Assembly (NCBI GenBank): GCA_030248215.1
Contig: JASANG010001414.1
Span: forward strand, 496,001 to 560,000
Direction of reading: 5' to 3'
Length of the DNA stretch: 64,000 nt
Source: Enoplolaimus lenunculus
Taxonomy: Eukaryota
This document shows positions 51,705-64,000 of the stretch, in pieces (the first letter of the stretch is position 1; each line of letters starts with the position of its first letter). The notes under the pieces were generated by a model. It saw only the letters and a list, made by a program, of their open reading frames with translations. It searched no databases and was not told the DNA's origin. Made by a program: the position numbers and the translations under genes.

Positions 51705-52879
51705 TAACTCTATAAATTAAATTTACTAGTCAGCCGGTTTTGCGCAATGCGCAAAAATTGGTGAATACACAAAAATTCACATGCAGATTTTCTTTTCATA
51801 GAACAATCATGTTTATACTCTCAAAGAATTAGTTGCAAGCACAGTAGCGCTGAAAAGTTGCCCAATACATATATACATATATATATACACATATATAACT
51901 GATAAGAACACCAGTACAAAATGCAGTAACAACTGAGAATAATCCGAATGCGAAGAAATGGTGTTTCGGAGCACAGCACGAAAAGATAATGATTGTGATT
52001 CCATTAAATTTATGAAATTAAAAATTGGGTATTGCAACAAAATTAAAATAACACTTGTGGTGTAGTTACTGGTTTATCTAAAATATAATTGGCACGTGAA
52101 CCTAAAAATTGTAAAAATAAATGCCGAAATTAAAACGAACCTATAAAAGGTAGTGAAGAATCAAATTTGAAAAAATACCGGAACTGGAAAGTGAAAAATG
52201 CATGCCACCGAAAAATCCATTTTAATTTTATTTTTCGTTGTATTATTGGTGAAAATAACCTTAGTTGAAGATAGGTATTGATTTACTCAGCTGTATTTTG
52301 GATTTTCTTTATCAGCCGGAAGCGAAATCTATCTTCGATTGTTTACTTCCAGTGTTTCTCAAGGTTTGTATACTATACAAATTAAATCTGGTTGAGCCCA
52401 ATTTGACTCAGTTTTGTAGTCCGGGACAGCCTATTTCGGAGAGAGTCAATTTGACTCACCAAGTTTTGCAGTGTAGGGAGGTCCATATTCCGTAGCTTCG
52501 AATCAATAATTTATGCTTTGTTTGTGCTACATATAACAAATCAAAAACCCTATCTACAATTATTATATAAAATGCAGAGCGTTAATTCTAAACTTTTCGT
52601 ACGGTAATTCTACAAGCCAAAAACATCTGAATCTATGGAGAAAAGCATATATAGCATAAAATACTGAAAATCATTTTTTGAAACTTATATGCAGTTTCTT
52701 TGAAACTATATCAAGTGTTCATTTGAACTGTTTTTAGTATTAATGTTTAAGAGCATTGCCAGAATATCAGAAAGAGTGTCACATTTTATCAAAAATTTGA
52801 AGGCTATTAAGTTTTCAAACCCGTGGACAAAAATCGCAAAGGCTGGCTTTGACCCTAAGCTCCCTTGGCTACACGCCTA

Positions 52880-55813
52880 TTAATACGCCTTTGTCGCACT
52901 GGACTTATCTTTGTCGTTATCGGGTGCAGTTTTAGGTCGTCGATACGAAGAACCACGAACAGTTCTGCGACGATCAAACTGATTTGGACTAGTCGGCGCA
53001 GCGTCGAATGGGACGCCAGTCCGCGGCGGACGGCGAACAGACATCGATCGCGTTGGACGCTTCCCAACACCATCGCTCAAAAATTGAGGTGATTTCGCCA
53101 ACAGCTGTTGCTCCGTTTGCTCTCCAGTTGCCGCTTGCTCATCTCCGCCAGCTTCTTCCCTGCAGTAGTTGAAATTATTACTCAAAGAGGTTACAATATT
53201 TACAACGCTAAATTTGTTCCCTTAGAAAACACTGATTTGCATACAGTTGTTTTTCGTACGTAGTGTGAGACATGAATGCAAGAAATTAGCAGGGTAGCAC
53301 GCCTAACTTAGGCATGCTTGGTGGTCAAGCTTTTGCTTCATACTAACCCTCAAAACGAAAATTTCGTATTGCCAGCAGCGCATCCTGAGTGGGACTCGGG
53401 GACCTCCAGTTCACCTTTGTCATGCTCCAACTTACTTTGTGTGAGTCTCAAAATTTTTAATCAGGCCTATGTTTAAGCATTCACAAATGAATTGAACAAA
53501 AAACGTATAATGAAATAAGCCACGTGTACTTCTATGTCTTCTAAAATCGCCACCGTCTCAGTTATACAGTCATTGAAGCATATATTTTTTTGCTACGATA
53601 GCCGAAAGAGCTTTTATATTTTACGCTGCGACAGCCGGGACAGCTTATCTCTAGGTTAAGGCACAGGATTAAGCTAAGATCAAATGAACCTGGCTTAGGT
53701 TTAGGCTTAGATTTAGTGTTAAAATGAGCTAAACTTCGCGTGAATCGCGATAATTTTTCGAAAATTTGTGTTAAACCACCTAAACACCCGTGTATTTCAG
53801 GAGCAGGCGGATACAATCTACACATTCTCGAACCAATAGGGAAGGCAACACAACGCCCCAACCGCTCTTAAACTTCAGCGACGATCCTAACAAAGAATTC
53901 ATTCATGAGAGTAGATATATACATTAAAGTAAAAAGGTTGACGCGTGAGCGTAGTGAGAAAGAAATTTTTTGACATTTAGCAACCTGGTGGTTATTCTAA
54001 GTCCTGTCATGTCCCTTAAGCCATTGAAAGAACTACCGACAACGGTAGAATAATGAAACAAAATTGCGAGCGACGCAAACGCGAAGCCAAATGCATTTCA
54101 AAACTACGGCGGATTTCATTTCAACTGTTAGAGTCGAGCCCCAAATGGAGGGTCTGAGGGACAGCTCTTCCGGCCCTGAAAACTTATCAAAACATGTATT
54201 CCAATTTGCAAAAGTTGCAGCTTGACAAAGTGAAACTCGAGCTCGCTGAGACCGATTCAAGGTGGGCCACCGGCAACACGTAATTTGAATTGAATATTAG
54301 AAATGAGAAACTGATACATTCACCCCTGAGCTCGAGTCTGAACCCGGAGGAAACGCCAATTATATGATGCGAGTGCAAATTAAATACATTGGCTGGGTTT
54401 CTGAAATCTTACTGAAGTATTTACTTAAGTCTTGCTTAATTAATTACTTAAGTCGCCGACTTAAGTAAGTACTTAAATTTTCGAGCACAACCAAAGAAAC
54501 GCCAAATATCGGCAAATGTCATGACAAGGAATTAATAGTGTTGCTGCAATATTAAACAGACATAATGAGTCTGCAACGTCAATTAGACCAAGGTTAGTGT
54601 CTCTGAGCGGTTAATTTGTAGTATATCAAATTTAGTCAGCTACTTAAGTATTAACTAAACTTAAATACGCTTCCAAAAACGGCAAAAAAGTTAACCAATT
54701 TACTTAGCCTGTACTTAACTACTAAGTCGTGCTTAAGTACGGTTTCGGAAACCCAACCAATAAGGACTAAGGAGTACAAATTATATAAAAGATTCGTGTA
54801 GCACAAATAAATATGTACGAGAACTGAGGAATGGATATTGAAGTGAGTCCTTATGATTTGCTGTACTTGAATCAGAAGTAAATAGATTTTATCGAAACCT
54901 GTGGTAGCAAAACATCGCAACTGAAACAGTTCAACGTGGTAGCTGTTTACAAAGCTTTTGTAATATGGGGTCAACACGTTTAATTACGCTTTGTCTTTGG
55001 TTCACAAAGCATCGTCCAATCGTAACACTCTTGAAAATTCTACGATGTAGCTGAAAACATGGCTGGCATCATCCCCGCGATTATTAATTTGTAGCTTTGG
55101 CGGACAAAAGGTTATAGACGTTGCACAAAATATAGCAAGGCGTGTAAGAAGATTAATAGAGGGTCAGTATACTTTTTTGACAAATATTTGTTTTTGATAT
55201 ACTCTGAAAACGAACATGATGGTATGATTTAAGCGGGGTAAACGCTCGTCTCCTTACATCCACGCGTAGATTTTTGAGCTAAGTAGGCTTTGTGGCTCAT
55301 GTACACTACGCCTTTAAGGTTAAGGCTTTAGACAAAAGTTAAAACTTGGGCTTAGACAAACAAAAACCACACTATAAATTCCAGTGAGTTGATTTCAACT
55401 CAGACAGATTTGAATCACTCAGTCTGAGTTAGGACTATTAAAACTCATAATTCAGAGTTGATACAACTCATTCTGATTTAATTAATCAACTTTCTCGGAA
55501 TCAAATCAACTTATTCCGTCTTATTTGATTAATTGACTTATTGGAATTTACAGAGAAGCTGTTTCCTAAGCCTATACCTAAAGTCAAAGCCTAAACCTAA
55601 ACATAAGCATAGATGTGAAGAAAAGTGTATAAAAGAACACACTTGTTCATTCGCAAACTTCAAAAAAGTATATATACTAAAAACAACTTACTCTTCACCG
55701 AACGCTTGTTGAACTTTAATCAGTCTGCGTTTGAGTTCTTCTGATCGACTTGAATACCGGACCGAAGCGCTGGTTCGCATCAGAATACGTCGATGAGGAC
55801 CACCGTGGTCCAT
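52880..55813 (-). CDS. Probable upstream exons of the SYT15-like gene (55692-55813 and 53159 to 52887/52880), or a separate 133-aa two-exon ORF
   Basis: aaaaaATGG start; strong gtaagt donor; ctgcag acceptor joining in frame (MDHGGPHRR…FGE/EEEAGGDEQ…). Ends either at a weak gtatta donor (52887) or at TAA TAG. Confidence 0.55.
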
Positions 55814-55933
55814 TTTTTTAAAATTATATTAATTCAATTACAAAAATTAACGTTAAAATTTGTAAAAATTGTTATAATTCTACTATTCAGCTATTATTTT
55901 TTACCTAAAAGTTCCTATTTTGATTCCTGACTA

Positions 55934-56179
55934 TGCGGTGTTCACAATAAAAAATTTGGCCTGGCCACAAAATACGCCCCATCCCAGGGTTAACGAGTGG
56001 TCGTTGACCCTACCTCAACAAAAATTTTCCGTTGACCCTACCTCAACTAGTGGCACAGACCGCTCGTTGAGGTAGGGTCAACGGAAAATTTCTGTTGAGG
56101 TAGGGTCAACGACCACTCGTTAACCCTGGGATGGGACATATTTTGTGGCCAGGCCAAATTTTGTATTGTGAACGCCGCA
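55934..56179. mobile_element. Almost fully palindromic MITE
   Basis: About 115-bp arms TGCGGTGTTCACAAT…; CTA 3-bp TSD; internal direct repeat gttgaccctacctcaac. Confidence 0.85.
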
Positions 56180-57139
56180 CTACCACGAGTAGAACTCATG
56201 TTAATCATAGTTGCCGGTCCGCTAGAAAACAGGGAAACGACGGAACTGTACAGACTGGTAGGCCTAAACCTAAGCATACGTTTAGTCTTAGACATAGGCT
56301 TAGGCTTAGTGAATAGGTTCATATATTTAATACGGGCCAGACGTAGTATACAACACTTCTTTGATAAATCAACAAGTTTCGCTGAACATTATAAATATTT
56401 CAATGAGCAAACAGTTTGGCATGTTCAATTATGAATAACGCCCAGAGTCACAATAGTTGGTTGATCTTTGAGCTTCTGAAACATAGAGTTGAAATCATGA
56501 AAACTTACTTCCCGGATTATAACATTCTAGCCGGCTATCGCTAGGATTCCATGAGCGCAGCTGCTTTATATTTCTTGTCTGAAACGAAATTTTGGCTTAA
56601 ATTTTATGTTTGGTAGCTGTTGCGGAATATATTGCAATTAGTGAACAACAGTTCTGATACTTAGTAAGCAAGGTAGTGGTTACTTCTGCAGGTTGATGTT
56701 ATATAGTAATCGTCAATAGCTTCTCTATTTATTTGAAACTAACGACAACTGCTTAAACTGAAATGACCAAGGATACTGTCACCCTAAAGGTTGCCAATAG
56801 TAGTAGTTGTACAATAAAAATTAAATTATAACCAAGTTTTAATAACTTTGGAGCGTTTGTTAAAATAAGTTTTAAACAACAACTGCATGTACTTCGGTAA
56901 ATAGGTACCTGTCGTTGAAAGCTTAAGAAAGAAATCAATCAGTAAGCGTCCATAGCCACTGAGAATTTCCACATCGCGTACACAAATTAATGTAAACCGA
57001 GCATAAGTACACACCTTTGATTTTTGATGCTAATATTGCTTATAGGGCGTGTAGCTATAGCCTGAGCAAAAATATTTCTGAACCTAAACCTGAGAACTAA
57101 GAATATTATAGTGTTAAGGTAGAGTTATACTTTTGATGA

Positions 57140-57385
57140 CGTCTGGCGCCGTCCGTCACAGGTACGGCGCAGTCCGTTACCCGTACGGTGCAGTCCGTCA
57201 CCGTATGTCACCGTACTTCGCCGTCCGTCATCGTGCATCACGGTGCGGTATCGTACGCGGATTACTCACGCACCATACTGTATGGTGACGGACGGCGCCG
57301 TTAGCGTGACGGACGGCTCCGTTCGGGTGACGGACGGCGCCGTGACGGACAGCGGCGTACGGCTGACGGATGGCGCAATACGACA
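57140..57385. repeat. GC-rich inverted array of about 20-bp cgccgtccgtcac units, probably a MITE
   Basis: Left units gccgtccgtcac, right units gtgacggacggc; the ends resemble 42690-42904 (tta|gggttgcgctata…atagcacaactc|tta). Confidence 0.65.
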
Positions 57386-60300
57386 ACTATAGCGTAATCC
57401 TAAACCTGCGCAAAAAACAGTCTAATTCCTAAGCCTACTCTTCACCGTTCCGGCAGCAAAATGAGACACCCCTAAAAAGACCATTGGTCTGAAACTTTAT
57501 ATCCAGCAAGACTTTGAAAATACGGCCTTAAAGTCTGGCTTGTTTTGAGTTTGTCGGATCCTGTTCAAGATTTCCGGTTGTGGAAAAATCAATTCAACGA
57601 TGTAACCCGATGCAAAATTAAACAAAATCTAAACGAGTAACCGTCGGCAGCGAGTTGAGATTTTAATAAAATAAATTTAAGAAAATTCAGTATATGGTTT
57701 TCAAAATGTTCCCAGTTAAAATTATGTAAATAAATATATATACCGCCGGAACAACCGCACCCCCCATACCCCATACCCATTATGAAGGGACCCCCACCCC
57801 TAAAGGACCCCCACCCTAACTGGTTGAAACAAAAACCGCAGAAGTTTTGAAATGCGTCTGGCTTCTCGCTCGCTTTGCTGGTAAGTTTTTGACATTATTC
57901 TAACTTTCTGCAATTGTCTTAATGGGTTCTCACGCCACTCAGACCTTAAAATAATTACCAGGTTGCTAAATGTTAACATATTTTCTCACTCGCTACACTC
58001 GCTTGCCTTACAATTTTACTTAATATAATATATTCTTCACCCGAAACTAAATATTAAAAGACGGTAATAAAAATAGCATTGGAGTGAGGTGTGACGTGTG
58101 CTGTCTCCCCCGTTTGGAGCATACAAACATTGTATCAACTTATAGCTAAAATATGAGCTGTTTGTTCAGCTACTTTAGCAGAAAATGTCAAAAAAAGTTT
58201 CGCGCTTCGCGCGAAGTGTGATTCATTTTAAAGATGGGTTCACTTTCTTAATCCATCATTTTGCAACTTTTGTGTAAAACTGTTATTCGTAAGGGTGTCC
58301 TCACAGCTATCAAACACGACCGTGAGCTCGGACAATCTCAGATCAAACACCGAGTAACTCTCGATCGACCTCAACGTTGGGGGCCCTTAATCTGGAGTTT
58401 GGAGGAAGTCTCCAACCACGTCTACTCCGGCACTGTATAATATATAGCCCAAAACTCCGCAACACGTAAAAATATTTCAAAAATTCTGTTTAAGATCCTC
58501 AGATAAAGAACCATGTAAATAACGACAGTTTGAACCAAATCTTAAACGAGTAAGCAGGAAATGACAGCTACCTGCGAGAGATCTTAATAAAATAAATTTA
58601 AAAAATTTTAGTACAAACTTCAAAATGTTTTGAGTATTAGAATTGTATTGCCGGAAACTGTACCACACGCAAAAATATTGTTATCGCAGTTATCGCGAAA
58701 TCTACAGAATACTCGGCACACGTTATTAATTATAGGGAAAAACTTGAAATTAATATTATTTTAATATAGTTTATTTTTGAACGAAAGTTTAGAACGGAAA
58801 ATTATTTCGTTTCTATGATCTGTAAAGGTTTAAACATTTGGTTGTTTTTAAAACGCTTCCTGGTCGTTTCGGCTTGTACTTAAGTCCAATTTCGTCACAG
58901 TGCTCAATTTTACGGTTGAAGGGGGTCGAAGCTCTTATCCACGACCCTGGGTTCGATTTGAAATCGTTCGCGTATTTTACAAACTAAAAGTATGGTAAAG
59001 CATTGAACACAACTTGTTCACTTGAGTTAAACGTTGTTGAATTCAACTTTTTGAAATAGTTATTCAACATAGATCCGGAATTTCAATTATAAGGATTTGT
59101 AATTTTTTCAATATGAAAACTTGTGACTTAATATTGACGTCAAACTTCTCGAAGTCATTAGAGTTGAGGTAAACCTATATTCAATACGCAGGTTACAACA
59201 AACTTAAAGGATTATTAGTAGTTCACTAAAACCCAAAAGAGTCCGTAACCGGATAGAGTCCAAATTTTTCAATTTTACAGTGCACAAATTTCGATTCATT
59301 TTAAGTTCGATTACACAAGTTGGTCCTGGACCAAGTAAAGTTGTGTACTGCGTTTGATTTACTCAAAGTATATATTAATACCTATATTCATGTCAGTATA
59401 TTTAAGATTTAAAAGTATACTCCTAACTAAACGTTCCTAAATCATAGAGAATAGCGTAAAAAAACTTCGAGGTGCGAATAACAGCAGGTGGATTGAGAAA
59501 TAAATAACAGCGGTTGAAAGAGAAATAACAGTACGTAAAACCAAATTACAATGGGTTTCGAATAGACAAGCAAAAAATATCAGACTCCCCGTTTATCCGA
59601 GTCGCTCATTACAGAACCGTTTTAATTAATTGTTTTAACATCGTTTGAGTTGAGTAACGAAATTCGTTCGTCTCTCATTCGAGTTCAGTTGTGGCAGAGT
59701 GAACAGTATAAATCAAACAGATGTTAAAAGCAGTTTATAGATTAAATTCGACAAAAATCGTACACCCCGCCTTTTAGCTAAGTCATCAAGGAATTAAATG
59801 CGGTTCTTAAAGTAGAATTACGAATATTCTCCTGTATTATTTAAACAACTATATTTAGTCGTGGTCTCTACTTTATAGGGCAGCCCTTGTATAAGATCGT
59901 AGCTAGAATTTCATTTTAAAAGAGGTATAATTTAATTTAAACTTCGAAAAACCAATGCTATTATAAGCTATTATAAAGCTGTGTTCACGGCTCTCAAAAA
60001 ATTTCGGGGGTGTAATATACTATCACCCCTCTTGAAGACGCTGTGACCCTCGGCTAGACACTTTCCTATCAGCTATATCCTTAGCTCAAGTGGATGTCAT
60101 ACCAGGCAGCTTATACATCGTATCTCGTGTTCACCATAAGTCGTAATACAGACGGTACGTGTCAAATGAAACCTATATTCTTGACAAACTGTTTAAGACA
60201 CGCTAGGATATTTACGAAGATAATGTGTCATGCGACCAGCCAACTTTGTTTACGAGGTTTCTATACCTCGATCCACTGACCACTGTTGCACGAAACCTTT

Positions 60301-62697
60301 TCCCTTATATTCACATATGTAAATTTATCTACAAATTCAAACCAGTCAAAGCTTGATGACAACAGACCGTGTAAAGATCAGAGAAGGAACGTTTTTCTGT
60401 GGAACTGCAATAGAGTAAGTTTAAGCTTAAGTCTAATTTAATGCTTACGCTTAGGATGACGCTAAGTCACAGGTATAAGCTCTTTCTTACGCTTAGGCTT
60501 TGGCTTAGGCTTAGGCTTAAGAATAGGCTTGTACTACTGAACGGCCGTATTGCATACATCGGCTATGACAAAACAAGCCAAAATTACCATTTGCAGGTCA
60601 AATATAGAATATATAATTCGCTGGATGTTAAGTCAGTAAACTTTTGTCGTTCCCTCGCGAAAACTCGCGAAAAACAACAACTACTACATAAAGATAACAT
60701 TTCAAGCAACCTATTAGTTTACTTAGAATATTGTTCTAAAAAAGCCCAGTAGTCCTCGACTAGCGTATGCTATTTGATTGATAACTTTGTGCAAGATGGC
60801 ACAACAAAACAAAACTAACGAAATAACAGTGTTATCAAGGGTTTTGCTCACTAATTTCTCTATTAACACAGAGATTCGCTATAGTCAAAGTGATATATCG
60901 TTGCTTTGGTTCAAATCATCAACAAGTAAGAAACGACAAATCAGAATCATATCAAAGGCGCTGTTAGAATTTTAGACCTGAAACAATTTATACAATCGCT
61001 GCTATAACAAAGAACCTTCAACAAACTGCATTAAAATTGGTGTTATTTGACAATCATCTCCAATCGGATACAGTTGAAATTATATTCAAGTAGTTGTTGT
61101 TTCTGACCTGAGCCCGTATATTTAAATGTGTGTAGCACCTATTACCAGTTAGAAATAGGTCTTGTAACTTTCGAACCAGGGAATGGTGAGGTTTGAAATT
61201 CAGCAAATTTATTACATTCTACTACTCCACCTATGTGCAAATTTTGACATTTGCAATTGCAGCAGTTCGTTAGCTTGAACTAACTGGTGATAGGTGCTAT
61301 ATGCATTTAAGAATACGGGCCCTGAATAACAATTATTGAAACGATGACAATGTGCTAAAAACAGATCGGATTCAGTCAAACTTTTGTTTCAATACCGTAC
61401 GGTCTAAAGAACCGGTAATAATTCGAAAGTTGTAGCCGGATGCTGTGGCTGTATTACCCCCCGCGGACGGTTTCGGAATCGCTTTAGACACAGAACTTTT
61501 GGGCTGGTTTTCTAGTCATTTACGAGAAATATATTTAGTCTCAGCGGCACGAGGTACTAAAGGTCGATCAAACTTATGTTTCTGCAATTTTGATATTTTC
61601 GCTAAAAACTGACAACAGTGAAACTAAATGATCTAGAAAAAGAGACGTCCCTATGTTCCCAATGAATTGGTTCTGGCAAAATATTGGAATCTCGCGTAGA
61701 CCAGTTGCTTTGTAACATTTTTAGAATACGACGCATTGCTAGAAATTTAATTTTGAGTCTTTGTAAAGTATGCGGCAACAGAGTTGGCTTTTTTCCGCAA
61801 AAAACGAAAAAAAACGCGAAAATTGAAAATCAAATCTAATGCTGCCGCAAGCCGAAAAGAGTTGATGAATGATTTGTCTTTTGAAAAAATGACAGAAGAA
61901 GAAAACTACTATTTTGTTAAGTATCAACATTTGATAACACGTGATGATAAGCTTGCTGCAGCTGCACACACTATAGGGTTGTAATATACCTAAAAATGTG
62001 CATGTGGCAGCTAAGGTGGGCACAAACTTACGGGGTTGAGTCCGTCGAAAAATCTCTTTGGTCTTACCAAGAGAGGCGTGTATTCACCTATTCCTCCCAC
62101 TGGCGGATACAAAAATTGAACCCAGCTTTTGTACTTAAAGGTTTAGCGCTAACATGGCGTATTGCTTCTGACTCGCTTCGCCCTCGAATGTTTTCTCTAT
62201 GTCTCGTGTCGGTCCCCCATTTCAGATTTTCCTGGATCCGCCACTGATTCCTCACCAGTAAATCAGCCTTCGCGGTGACGAAAGCGTGAGAAAACCACCT
62301 TCTCACGGTTTCCGCGATGTTTTATCGCTGAATTGCGAGTGATTTACTGAGATTATAATAAAAAGTTTTTTTTCGGTTTTTTTCGTTTATCTGCCACCTC
62401 GGAAAAACGGAAAAACGGAAAACCCCGTTTTTTGATGGTTTTTGGTGCCCAACCCTGTGTAACAAGCAGCCCTTGAAAGGGTCTGAGAGATGGTGTGAAC
62501 GGCGAACATGTCCTGCATGTATGAAGTTTAATAATTTACACCAACTTGCAAACAGGTTTTCGTATAGAAGAAATCGCACTCTCAGAGATTGAAGTTATAC
62601 CTGAGCCTATTAACTTAAAATCTAAGCGTAAATCCAAACTTAGCCCAAACCAAACCCATGCCTATGCTTAGCAAAAGCTCAACACCTACAACTTTGG

Positions 62698-63228
62698 GGT
62701 CTTTTCCGTTATCCTCCCTAGCCGACGTTTGCCCAAAAATGGTTAGATTTTGAAAATTACTGCATATTTCAATTTCTCATGACCTCCCTGATCATTCCAT
62801 GCCCAAATCTGAATTTTTGAAAAATTCGATTATTAAACGTTCCAAATCCTCCCTTAGGACCAAAAAAATTATCTGTCAAAAATTTAGACAAGTCATATAT
62901 CATTCGATGCATCTTGTTGAGCTGAGTGCAATGGTGTTAAGATTTCAAGCATCAAGAGTGTGGATAACGAGTTATGGTCAAAAAAATCGCCATTGCACTC
63001 AGCATAACAAGATTATTCGAATGGTACATAATTTGTCTATCTGTTTGACAAAAAAATTTTTGGTCCCAACGAGGGGACCTTGGGACCTTAAAAATCAAAT
63101 TTTTCAATTCTGAGTTTGGCGTGGAATCAGCAGGGGAGGACTTGAGAAACTCGAATATGCAGAAATTTTTAAATTGGAACCATTTTTGGACAAACACCGG
63201 TTGGGGGAGGATATTCGAAAAGAATCCA
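62698..63228. mobile_element. TIR element; end-related sequence at about 28900-29100
   Basis: gggtcttttccgttatcctccc…gtttgcccaaaaatggtt versus aaccatttttggacaaac…gggaggatattcgaaaagaatcc. Confidence 0.6.
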
Positions 63229-64000
63229 ACTTGTTCGGGTCATTTATATATTAGTATAAGGGGGGCTACGAGTATGCGTTGAATCAAAACATAAGTTTAT
63301 TGAGCGAAGTGAAACTCCGAGCGGAGCTCAGAGTTTGGCAAAGCGTTTTTACGTTTTATACTTAGGGGTCGAAAGGTGGATGTAAAGTCCGTTTGTAATG
63401 CATAAATGACTTTACTCCAGAACCAAATAAAGTTGAGTTCGAAACTTTAAAGCATACTTAAGTTTTGAAAGCACATTCCTAAGTATAACCTTGCATTATC
63501 GCTCAAGCTTTTGATACAAAACAAACGTTTAATTCAACAGATAGTTGCAATATCGGCTATATATCAGTAACGAAGGACGGTGGAAGAGGGCTGGTTAAAA
63601 ATAAACAACAGACCATAAACCAAATAACAGGTATAACCTCCTGGAGAAGCCAAATAAATATCGCTCACACTCTCATATTCGGGTCACTACAGATAATGAT
63701 CCATGGCATTTTGCACATACAAGTCAAAAAGAGAAATTGAAAAAACCACTAGTACGCCTGCGTTAAAAACGGGCGATATTTTCTCTAAAGCTAAAATATA
63801 AGCTCCAATTTTTTCAGTGAAATATATACGTATAAAGTATTTTAAATTCTTGATATCCTAAAACCTATATTACAAATAAATGCGAGCTGACCGGATACTA
63901 ATGATTCTAAACGTCTCACAAAAAGTCTTAGGTTGCCCGAAAACAGGCGTCCTTATAAAAACCATATGGAACAAAATCAGCCTGGCAATATATTTGCCCA

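Noticed and set aside
51813..52040. Hydrophobic ORF as a TM exon for the SYT15-like gene
   Set aside because: The hydrophobicity comes largely from a TA/TG microsatellite, and I found no phase-compatible splice sites. RNA-seq is needed to exclude it fully.
61739..63197. Short ORFs near the right edge
   Set aside because: No recognisable motifs or exon chain; they overlap TIR elements and low-complexity DNA.

Overview
AT-rich, intron-containing genomic DNA from an animal, probably an invertebrate; the taxon cannot be determined from the sequence. I reconstructed three spliced genes by hand from GT-AG boundaries and exon phase. (1) A minus-strand UBAP2/UBAP2L/lingerer-like gene with about 22 exons; the probable ATG is at 23023 and the gene runs off the left edge. 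(2) A plus-strand MARVEL-domain (CMTM/plasmolipin-like) gene at 31129-34403. (3) A minus-strand synaptotagmin-15-like tandem-C2 gene at 37594-47325, probably extending to 55813. Between genes 1 and 2 lies an internally deleted piggyBac element with intact ends and TTAA target-site duplications (26365-27998). Introns and intergenic DNA are dense with non-autonomous DNA transposons (hAT-like, PIF/Harbinger-like, CACTG/TA, piggyBac-like, Helentron-like), several of them nested. The most unusual signals are a tandem pair of piggyBac-type MITEs each carrying a tRNA-Glu-like Pol III promoter relic, telomere-like (TTAGGC)n cores shared by several MITE families, and a triplicated exon end plus splice donor in the synaptotagmin gene. 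No prokaryotic system, CRISPR array or rRNA is supported. All family assignments come from recalled motifs, not database searches.
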